Part shown: positions 18,363 to 26,535 of the stretch, in pieces
How positions within the stretch are numbered: position 1 is the first letter of the stretch
How the letters are laid out: the number at the start of each line of letters is the position of its first letter
Source: an uncultured Dehalococcoidia bacterium
GTDB lineage: Bacteria; Chloroflexota; Dehalococcoidia; Lucifugimonadales; UBA826
Length of the DNA: 64,000 nucleotides
Assembly: GCA_964652755.1 (NCBI GenBank)
Contig: CAZZBP010000002.1
Coordinates: forward strand, 34,367-98,366
Reading direction: 5' to 3'
Notes under the pieces: model-generated
What the model was told of the DNA's origin: nothing
Database searches by the model: none
Seen by the model: the letters and a program-made list of their open reading frames with translations, nothing else
Translations under genes and position numbers: made by a program

Positions 18363-21300
18363 AGTCCAGCAACGCAGTATCAGTAATCAGGCTCGTATCT
18401 GGGCGAATGCGGAGCGATATGAGGTTGATCGCTGCCATATTCTCGGGAATGTTGGTTGCAATCACGCTTATTTCTGGAATGCCTATCTATCTTGCAACTT
18501 TAGAGAAACAAAGCATTCAGGGAGCCATCGAATCAGCAGTAGAAAAAAAATCTCTGTCGCACCTCGATCTGAATATATTCCTTCCGTTCTTACCGCTCGA
18601 ATCCGAAAGGATCAATGAAGCAGATTCTGCTGTGTCAGATTCTCTGGGTCCAACTTTCGGTACCGTGGTTACTGCCACCCAAAGGCGTATTAAAACTTCT
18701 ATTTTTTCTTTTTCGCTAACGCCGACGAAAACCCTCCTCTCTTCCAACGGCTCACCCACTCCGGTGGATGTGATATCTGATGATTTTTTGTCTAAGTGTC
18801 TGGCAGCATCATTGTGCAACACTGATAGTGCAGAAGAGAACGGAATCTTGCACGATGGCTTCTTTCAGCATCTGACTTCACTGGACGATCATGTCATATA
18901 TGTAGAGGGGGTATCCCCCATCTACAAACCCCTCAGATTTGTAGATGGCCCGATGGTAGAAGCTTCCATCTTTACTGAACTAGCCGATTATTTCTTAATA
19001 GATGTTGGTGATGTAATTGTTGTGACGTCCTCGATGGATAGCAGGGTCCATATTGGTGTCAAGGTTGTGGGTATCTTCAGACCGACCGATGAAACAGCTG
19101 CCATTTGGCAGGGTGACAGCAAAAGCTTCACTTATCCCTACCCTCCTTCAGAAGATGACAGTGTCACCAGGCCCAAGGATCTTCAACCATATTTGGCCAT
19201 GTTTATCCCTGAAAAATCTTTGACTCAGGGTATTGGATCGGCTTATGCTGGCTCGTTTTCAAGCGCTACATGGTCGAGCCATGTCAACTTTGAAAAATTT
19301 AAGGAATGGTCAAGGCCAGAAATTGAAGCTGCCATAGATTTCCTTGATGTGAAAATCGGTAAGGAATTACCTGGCTCAGAACTTAGATCAGGGATACAAA
19401 TAATTCTTTACCAACTCGGTAGGCAAAATTTTCTGTCCAACGTCCCATTATTGCTTCTCATGTCGGTGTTAGCAGTCTCACTGATATATTTTTTGTTTAT
19501 GCTGACTAATTACTTAGTACCGGGTAGGGAGTCGGATATTTCACTGTTGAAAAGCAGGGGAACATCCACTCTGGGTATTCTACGCCAGTACTCGGTAGAG
19601 GGGCTATTATTAACGGTTGTTGCTTCGGCTTTGGCACCATTCATTGCTATGGGATTAATCGCGACGTTGGGATATCTTCCCTATTTTGACAATATTAGCG
19701 ATGGAGGGATGCTTCCCGTCCGACTCTCCTCCCTGCCTTTTATTGTATCTGCCGGTGCTGGAGTACTCTGCTTTTTGGTATTCATAACGCCCGTAGTATT
19801 AAGTTCAAGAACAAGCTTGATAGCCCGGCGAATTTCGATGTCACGACCACCTATAACCCCATTTGTTCAACGATACTATCTCGACATTTTGTTCCTTACT
19901 GTAGCCGGAATTCTCTACTGGGAAATGAAGGCTCGAGGTCAAATATCTTCTGGCGGCCTTTTCGGGCAGGAGGGGGTTAACGAAGCACTTCTCGTAGCTC
20001 CCGTATTGCTCCTAGTTGCTGTCGCAATGCTCTTCTTCAGGGGTTTTCCGTTGCTTGTTAGGTACCTTGCTGGAGAATCTCATGCACTTGTTACCCTAAT
20101 AGGATTCGTATCTGTTTTGATACTTCTGGGTTCTTGTGCTTGGGGAATTTTGAACGACGAAATAGCAGAGTGGTTTATCCCAGCCATATCGTCGGCGATA
20201 TTTGCCTCAGGATTATATCTTGTTAGAAAGACTTCTAATAAAAAATTCAATTTTCTTGCGCTGTTTCTATTGGCTTCTGGAATAGGGCTGCTTTGGATGT
20301 ATCTTCCAAACGATATGCCTCCCGTTTCGTTAAGCGGACTTTGGGGTGCTTCAATCGTCGTGCCAGGAATCATATTCTTTTTTTTACTAAGGTATGCAGC
20401 ACGATTCACCCCGGCCTGGATTGCATTAACACTTTGGCACATGTCGAGAAACCCACTTCAATATAGCTGGTTGGTTTTGTTGTTGGTTTTGGCCAGCGGA
20501 GTCGCTGTTCTGGCGACCACGCTAGGTGCAACATTGGAGCGAAGTCACAAAGATAGGGTCAATTATCGTATCGCTGAGGACGTTAGGATAGAGGAGGCAT
20601 GGGGAGGGTTCCTATCAAATGTTGATTCAATAGAGGAATTAGAGGATCAATATGTTCGACTGGAAGGAGTTTCGAATTTCACGGCTGCGTTAAGAAGGGA
20701 AGGGACTGTTGGAAGTGGATCGGGCGCATTTCCTTTCCATCTATTGGCGGTTGAAGTTGGAGATTTCTCTCCTTGGGCCCGACCCGATTTCTCGAGAAAA
20801 CCAATGGCTATTATACTCGAAATGCTTAACCCCGGAGAGCCGGACGATCTCATACTTCTCCCAAATGATGCAACAGAGGTAGGTATGTACACAAAGCCTA
20901 TGGGAGCCTATCCTCTTATTTCCATATGGCTCATAGTGGAAGACGCTACCGGACACCGTCAAATTATCACATTGGGAAGCTCTGGGTTGAGGACTTCCGG
21001 CTGGACTAGACGATCAGTGCCTATCAACAAACGATTAGTCCAACCCCTTAGGATAGTGTCGATTCAGATAAGCGAGCCCGGATTTGGCGCTACAGGGACA
21101 CCGGGTTCGATTTTTATAGACGACGTCTTTGCCGTGAAAGATGGTGCCGATGTCGTTATAGAGAGTTTTGAGAGCCATGATATCTGGACGGTCATACCAA
21201 CTTCATCAGTGGATTCAGATTCTTTGTCCCTATCCGATTCAGCTGCAGTAAGCGGTAGTTTTGGGGCTGTTTTCGAATTTGGTAAAGAGGCAAATCATGG

Positions 21301-22126
21301 AGTCAGGGGAATTTATCTGCCTGAGTATGATTCAGCACTTCGGGTTATAGCAAGTGACTCGTTTCTCTCGTCCACAGGTCTTAACGTAGGCAGTTACTCA
21401 CTAGTGGAGATATCTGGAGTACTAGTGATTGTTCACATCGTCGATAGCGTTATCTACTTCCCTACATTGGACCCATTAGATAAAGGGTTTCTTCTAACAG
21501 ACTTAAACGCTCTCACATCTCATCTGTCCTCTGTAAACCCTCGAACAAAAAATACTCCAAACGAAATTTTTCTTCAATTGTCAGAGTTAGGAGAAACGAA
21601 AGAGTTAGCTAAGGAATTGACCACGATTACAGGTACATCAGGAGAAGTGGCTGAAAAGCGAATGATGTTGGCGGAAGTTCAGAACGATCCTCTGATATCA
21701 GCCGGCTGGAAGGCATTGACTCTAGTTTCTCTTATGATCTCATTGTTTATGACCACAATGGGTTATTTAGTCTACGTTGTGTTCCTTTCAGATAGGGCTA
21801 GGTCAGAGATGGGGTCGTTGAGATCACTCGGGCTTTCTCGTATCCAAACGGTTGGACTTGTAGCACTAGAGCACGCCGTTATAGTGACCATGGGAATTGG
21901 AATCGGTACATGGACGGGTTTTCAGATGACTAAACTCATCGTTGATTCTGTAGCAATTTCCGAGAGCGGCGGTGTGGTTTTGCCTCCCCCAATATTGGCG
22001 ACGGACTGGGCCGTACTTGGGATCACAGCAGGGTTATTTACACTCGTTTTCGTTGTTTCAGTAGCACTCTTGGGGAAATACCTCTTCAGTATGAATCTTG
22101 GCATTCTTGCAAGGTCAGAGGAGTGA
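18359..22126 (+). CDS. Giant FtsX/MacB-type ABC permease-family protein with two FtsX modules (1255 aa)
   Basis: There are two FtsX-type 3-4 TM modules (..LVPGRESDISLLKSRGTSTLGILRQYSVEG.. and ..LSDRARSEMGSLRSLGLSRIQTVGLVALEH..). Each is preceded by a large non-hydrophobic (extracytoplasmic) domain, and extra TM helices lie between them. Confidence 0.8.
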   Translation: MKSSNAVSVIRLVSGRMRSDMRLIAAIFSGMLVAITLISGMPIYLATLEKQSIQGAIESAVEKKSLSHLDLNIFLPFLPLESERINEADSAVSDSLGPTFGTVVTATQRRIKTSIFSFSLTPTKTLLSSNGSPTPVDVISDDFLSKCLAASLCNTDSAEENGILHDGFFQHLTSLDDHVIYVEGVSPIYKPLRFVDGPMVEASIFTELADYFLIDVGDVIVVTSSMDSRVHIGVKVVGIFRPTDETAAIWQGDSKSFTYPYPPSEDDSVTRPKDLQPYLAMFIPEKSLTQGIGSAYAGSFSSATWSSHVNFEKFKEWSRPEIEAAIDFLDVKIGKELPGSELRSGIQIILYQLGRQNFLSNVPLLLLMSVLAVSLIYFLFMLTNYLVPGRESDISLLKSRGTSTLGILRQYSVEGLLLTVVASALAPFIAMGLIATLGYLPYFDNISDGGMLPVRLSSLPFIVSAGAGVLCFLVFITPVVLSSRTSLIARRISMSRPPITPFVQRYYLDILFLTVAGILYWEMKARGQISSGGLFGQEGVNEALLVAPVLLLVAVAMLFFRGFPLLVRYLAGESHALVTLIGFVSVLILLGSCAWGILNDEIAEWFIPAISSAIFASGLYLVRKTSNKKFNFLALFLLASGIGLLWMYLPNDMPPVSLSGLWGASIVVPGIIFFFLLRYAARFTPAWIALTLWHMSRNPLQYSWLVLLLVLASGVAVLATTLGATLERSHKDRVNYRIAEDVRIEEAWGGFLSNVDSIEELEDQYVRLEGVSNFTAALRREGTVGSGSGAFPFHLLAVEVGDFSPWARPDFSRKPMAIILEMLNPGEPDDLILLPNDATEVGMYTKPMGAYPLISIWLIVEDATGHRQIITLGSSGLRTSGWTRRSVPINKRLVQPLRIVSIQISEPGFGATGTPGSIFIDDVFAVKDGADVVIESFESHDIWTVIPTSSVDSDSLSLSDSAAVSGSFGAVFEFGKEANHGVRGIYLPEYDSALRVIASDSFLSSTGLNVGSYSLVEISGVLVIVHIVDSVIYFPTLDPLDKGFLLTDLNALTSHLSSVNPRTKNTPNEIFLQLSELGETKELAKELTTITGTSGEVAEKRMMLAEVQNDPLISAGWKALTLVSLMISLFMTTMGYLVYVVFLSDRARSEMGSLRSLGLSRIQTVGLVALEHAVIVTMGIGIGTWTGFQMTKLIVDSVAISESGGVVLPPPILATDWAVLGITAGLFTLVFVVSVALLGKYLFSMNLGILARSEE

Positions 22127-22130
22127 TTCA

Positions 22131-25100
22131 TTGCTGATCCAATCCGTCGAAAGACTGGCGACAGCTTGGCCAATGGTTATAAAACGAAGCCTAGCCAATT
22201 GGAAGTTATTTTCCTCAGTGGTTCTTGGAGTTCTTCTGGCCTCAGCGGTTATGGCCGGTACCGTAGTTTTCTTTGATTCATTGAGAGACATAGCCTTGGA
22301 TAATGCTTTGGCACAAATTGATGATCTAGATGCGGACATTCTCATGCAGGCTGAAAAGGGTCCTACGAATAGACAGGAATACGGGAAAGTTTCTGATCGG
22401 GTGAATTCGGTTACTGAAGGGTTGTTAGCCCCTTATTTGAATAAGGCCACGGTAGCAGGAAAGTCCTCAACGTTTTTTCTTACGTCGCCAGGAGATGAAA
22501 GTAGTGCCGGACAAGATAACTCCCGTGCTTTCGTAGCTTACGTCCCTGACCTCGAAGACAAAATCCAGATAATAGATGGAGTTGGAATGCCGTCGGCTGT
22601 AGGTATGGCTTCTTCAGATGGCATATTGATCCTTGAAGCAATGGCTCCGGTTCACGAAGCAGAGATATTGAACGCTTCGGTGGGATCAAGGTTCTCATTA
22701 GTTCCCTACTGGGATGACGCTTTGCCTTATGTCATCGTGGAAATAGTCGGTTTATTCGAGCGCGCGGCGCCCGCGGATCCTTTTTGGATCATGACTGACA
22801 GGGTGTTGATGGCATCTGCGGGATCAAGTTTTAAGACCTTGCCTCTATATGTTACGAAGTCGGCTCACACGGATATTCTAGGTGCGGCCCTACCCGATAT
22901 GGTGAGCACTTACGGCTGGCATCTGGATATAGACCTAGAAAAGATCAATTCTTCAAATGCTGTTGATGCAAAGGAAAATATTAGGTACGCCAACCGACTT
23001 CTGGGTTCCGAGCTAAATCGGTATCTGATGAAAACTCAGATAGACACCGCCCTTGAAAAGTATGACACTCGGTTGCTTTTCACTAAGCTACAAATGTTTG
23101 TAGTTCTAATCATGATTGCTCTAGTAGTTCTCTACTACGTCGTCACTTTGTCGTCACTTGTAGTTGAGCAACGACGGTTCGAAGTTTCCCAACTCCGCAG
23201 CAGGGGGGCAAGCGCATCACAGATCTTGGCGGTTTTCGTACTCGAAGGTGGAACGCTTTCGATACTCGCCGCCATTTTGGGGCCTTTTATTGCAGCAGGC
23301 TCTATAGGGTTACTTGGGTTCACTCCCGCCTTCTCAGGACTAAGTGACGGGGAATTTTTACCTGTGAGGGTGACAAATGCAGCTTTCGGTATGAGCGTAC
23401 TTGGTGCACTTCTAAGCTTTGCTGCACTTATGATTCCGGCTTACCAGGCTTCCCGGATATCTGTTACTGCGCAACGAACTGAGTCAAACAGGCCAACTCA
23501 GAAGTCTTTTGTCCAGCGTTACTACGTGGATGTGGGCTTGCTACTAGTCGGGATTTTCCTTTTCCGACAACTAACTGAACAGGGGTCAATGGCAGCAAGG
23601 GGAATTCTGGGGGAGGTTGCGGTGAATCAATTGCTCCTAGCAGTGCCGGCCGTGATATTGATAGCCGGAGCAATGGTGCTTCTACGTTTGTTCCCGTTGG
23701 TAATGAATATAATTAGTCGCGTTTTTTCGTCACGTATTCCAGCTGGTGTAGTACTGGCAATATGGCAGATGTCGAGGAATCCAGGTAACTATGCCAGGTT
23801 GTCACTTCTTCTTGTGTTGATGACTGGGCTAGGGATTTTTGCTGCCAGTTTCGGTGGCACTTTGGACCGTAGTTCTCAAGACAGAGTGCTTTACAACATA
23901 GGTTCTGATATCAGACTAGAATCCGTATCGATAAATAGGATGGGTGAGAGCAGATCGATCACGAAAAGCTACCAAGATTTGGATGGTATAAAGACGGTAA
24001 GTCCAGTTTTGCGTAGGTCCGGATCTGATCTTACAAAAAGATTCAGTAATGAGTCTATAACGTTTCTTGGTGTTGATCCTTCTACTTTTTCAGATGTAGC
24101 GATATATAGGGACGATTTTTCAAAGGCGAGCCTAGAGCAGCTACTTTCATCTCTTGAGCATGAAAGTAGTCCATCAGGTATTCCATTGCCCGAAAACATA
24201 CGGGCCCTAGGTGTTCTTGTGAAGGCGGACAGAGCGAAGTCCAGCGTAGTGCTTGTTGCTAGGCTTCGGGATGCTAACAAGCGTTATTTTACCTACGAAC
24301 TTGGGACCCTAGATTCCACTGATTGGACCCTTAAAGAGGTGGAGCTTTTCGATAGCAGAAGACCCTGGCGGCAGCTATTTCCAGAAAGACCACTAAGTCT
24401 TATGTCGGTCAGTATCGTTGAGACAAATACCCAGGGGGAGCTCGCTCCGGGATCCATTCTTTTGGACAGTATTAAGGCTCGGAGTTCAACTGGCGAGGTG
24501 GAGAATATTGAGACTTTCAGTAACGTTGATGAGTGGCACGTGTTGAAAAGTGTTCGTGACGCGGAAAAGGACAGGATAGAACTGTCGTCGGTAAGTGCAA
24601 AGGGTGATGGGTCGCTCCTATTTGCCTGGTCTGGAGGTAGTCCTATTACTCCAAGGGGGGTGTACCCTGGAGGAGACCCACGCCCGATGCCGGCTTTGGC
24701 TTCAGCATCGTTTTTAAGGGAGTCTGGGCATTCAATTGGTGACAACTTAACGATTTCTTTGGGAGGCAGACGTTCCTCGGTAAAAATCACAGACAGCTTT
24801 GAATATTTTCCAACGTTGAATACTATTGAAGATAAATTCCTCCTCGTTGGGCTTGAACCTGCTCTAACAAATACGAATATCGGGGCACTGATAGGTGAAA
24901 TCACACCAAATGAGATATGGCTTTCTGTTGAGCCTGGCTTGTCAGAATACGAATGGTCCGATCTTGTCGTTTCCTTGGAAAATGAGACTCCTTTCCCCAT
25001 TGCAAATGTATTAGATACACGAGAGGCTCTTTCTAAGGCAAACATTGATCCATTGGTAAAAGCTGGTTGGAAGGCACTTCTTTTTATTGCATTTGGAGCA

Positions 25101-25490
25101 ATACTTTTGCTGAGCGCAATTGGATTTATGTCTCACGCATATGTTTCTTTCAGAAACAGAGAGATTCAGTTTGCGTTAATGCGTACCATAGGATTGTCTG
25201 TGAACCAGCTAATATCTCTTATCTGGCTGGAACAGGCTCTGATTATTATCGTTGGGATGTCCCTGGGCACATGGATGGGAGCTAGGTTAGGGGCTGTCAT
25301 AATGCCTTTTCTCGGGAGTGATGATCAAGGGGCACAGGTTGTTCCTCCCTTTATCATGCAAGTTGATTGGGCGAATCTGTTAACTACATATTTGGGGATG
25401 GTTGTCGTGTTTACGCTTGTGATAATAGGAATTATATTCTTGATAAGGAGGATGTCTCTCAATAGAGCGCTTAGACTGGGGGAGATGTGA
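22131..25490 (+). CDS. Second giant FtsX/MacB-type permease-family protein, paralog of the preceding gene
   Basis: It has the same architecture (..VEQRRFEVSQLRSRGASASQILAVFVLEG.. and ..FRNREIQFALMRTIGLSVNQLISLIWLEQ..). Blocks shared with the upstream paralog include FVQRYY and W.MSRNP. I prefer TTG 22131, which has a GAGGAG RBS 7 nt upstream. The alternative start is ATG 22173, and the ORF track starts at 22098. Confidence 0.8.
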   Translation: MLIQSVERLATAWPMVIKRSLANWKLFSSVVLGVLLASAVMAGTVVFFDSLRDIALDNALAQIDDLDADILMQAEKGPTNRQEYGKVSDRVNSVTEGLLAPYLNKATVAGKSSTFFLTSPGDESSAGQDNSRAFVAYVPDLEDKIQIIDGVGMPSAVGMASSDGILILEAMAPVHEAEILNASVGSRFSLVPYWDDALPYVIVEIVGLFERAAPADPFWIMTDRVLMASAGSSFKTLPLYVTKSAHTDILGAALPDMVSTYGWHLDIDLEKINSSNAVDAKENIRYANRLLGSELNRYLMKTQIDTALEKYDTRLLFTKLQMFVVLIMIALVVLYYVVTLSSLVVEQRRFEVSQLRSRGASASQILAVFVLEGGTLSILAAILGPFIAAGSIGLLGFTPAFSGLSDGEFLPVRVTNAAFGMSVLGALLSFAALMIPAYQASRISVTAQRTESNRPTQKSFVQRYYVDVGLLLVGIFLFRQLTEQGSMAARGILGEVAVNQLLLAVPAVILIAGAMVLLRLFPLVMNIISRVFSSRIPAGVVLAIWQMSRNPGNYARLSLLLVLMTGLGIFAASFGGTLDRSSQDRVLYNIGSDIRLESVSINRMGESRSITKSYQDLDGIKTVSPVLRRSGSDLTKRFSNESITFLGVDPSTFSDVAIYRDDFSKASLEQLLSSLEHESSPSGIPLPENIRALGVLVKADRAKSSVVLVARLRDANKRYFTYELGTLDSTDWTLKEVELFDSRRPWRQLFPERPLSLMSVSIVETNTQGELAPGSILLDSIKARSSTGEVENIETFSNVDEWHVLKSVRDAEKDRIELSSVSAKGDGSLLFAWSGGSPITPRGVYPGGDPRPMPALASASFLRESGHSIGDNLTISLGGRRSSVKITDSFEYFPTLNTIEDKFLLVGLEPALTNTNIGALIGEITPNEIWLSVEPGLSEYEWSDLVVSLENETPFPIANVLDTREALSKANIDPLVKAGWKALLFIAFGAILLLSAIGFMSHAYVSFRNREIQFALMRTIGLSVNQLISLIWLEQALIIIVGMSLGTWMGARLGAVIMPFLGSDDQGAQVVPPFIMQVDWANLLTTYLGMVVVFTLVIIGIIFLIRRMSLNRALRLGEM

Positions 25491-25520
25491 TTCTGAGTGG
25501 TGGCATTACCGTTAAATAAT

Positions 25521-26453
25521 TTATATTCCTAGTAACATTCCCCCTAAATTTCGACGTCCCAATGAGAATTCTGTTGCGGATACAGCTTTCTTGCCTTCTG
25601 CCTGAACAGTTTTCAAAGAGATGTTTCCTTCCCCCGTGCCAACAAGTATTTCGTTACCTAAATGTACCTGTCCCGGTTCTAAGACTAATGTTTGTTTTTC
25701 ATATCCTGGTAACGCCTCAAGTATTTTTAGAGGCCTACCATTCATGTAAGTGAATGTTCCGGGCCAAGGGTGGAACGCTCTGATTGATCTTAAAATCGAT
25801 GTTGAAGAGTCTCGCCAATCAATCCTTCCGTCCTCTCTTGTCAGTCGCTTTGTCGTTGTTGATTTAAGATCGTCCTGAGGGTTAGGGTCTATATCTCCTG
25901 ATTTCCACGAGTCCAAAGTCTTTAACAATAGACTTGCCCCCTTTCGAAATAGGCGATCTGTGAGTTCGCCGCATTTCTCATTAGCCCCGATGGAAACCTT
26001 CTCTTGTGCTAAGACAGGACCGGTGTCTAGGCCCTTGTCTAGTAACATTACTGTCACCCCTGTTGTATCTTCGCCTTTCAAAATGGAAGTAGCCACAGGT
26101 GAGGCCCCACGGTATTTAGGCAATATAGAAGGATGTATGTTCAGGCATCCAAGGGGAAATCCTTCTATTATTTGTGAGGGAAGAAGAACCCCGTAGGCGG
26201 CGATTATAGCTGCTTCGGCTTCAAGTGACATTAAATGCTCAAACGACAACTCGTTTCGGAAAGTTTGAGGTTGTACGACCGGTATACCATGGAAATCGGC
26301 CCGTTCTTTCACAGGAGTAGAGATTATTTTCCTGCCTCTCCCGGAGCGATTATCTGGCTTCGTATATACGGAGGCTACGTCGTGACCAGACTCAACAAGC
26401 AAATCAAGTGTGGGAACAGCAAACCTCGGTGTTCCCATGAAAACCAATCTCAC
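25521..26453 (-). CDS. fmt: Methionyl-tRNA formyltransferase
   Basis: MRLVFMGTPRFAVPTL..L..SGH.V..VYT.PD...GRG.. and ..LNIHPS.LP.YRG..P.. motifs are present. 310 aa. Confidence 0.95.
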   Translation of the reverse strand: MRLVFMGTPRFAVPTLDLLVESGHDVASVYTKPDNRSGRGRKIISTPVKERADFHGIPVVQPQTFRNELSFEHLMSLEAEAAIIAAYGVLLPSQIIEGFPLGCLNIHPSILPKYRGASPVATSILKGEDTTGVTVMLLDKGLDTGPVLAQEKVSIGANEKCGELTDRLFRKGASLLLKTLDSWKSGDIDPNPQDDLKSTTTKRLTREDGRIDWRDSSTSILRSIRAFHPWPGTFTYMNGRPLKILEALPGYEKQTLVLEPGQVHLGNEILVGTGEGNISLKTVQAEGKKAVSATEFSLGRRNLGGMLLGI

Positions 26454-26535
26454 TATGAATAAGCTCCCGTCAGCTTGTTTACTGCAATATGTCTTGTATA
26501 GGATGATTTTATAGTTTTCATATTACCGCACAGTT

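Noticed and set aside
18244-18618. A 124-aa ORF spanning the Kelch/FtsX junction, and the 137-aa alternative-frame ORF 38312-38725 inside the CPBP gene.
   Set aside because: Both are out-of-frame overlaps with better-supported genes, and their sequences are Cys/Arg-rich and non-protein-like.
24293-25045. A 250-aa minus-strand ORF inside the second FtsX permease gene. Similar long antisense ORFs occur at 30336-31172 inside mutS2, 12720-13163 inside imuB, 6976-7335, 20080-20442 and 56972-57388.
   Set aside because: They lie fully within well-supported genes on the opposite strand. They have low-complexity Ser/Pro/Arg-rich composition and carry no recognisable motifs. These are typical shadow ORFs.
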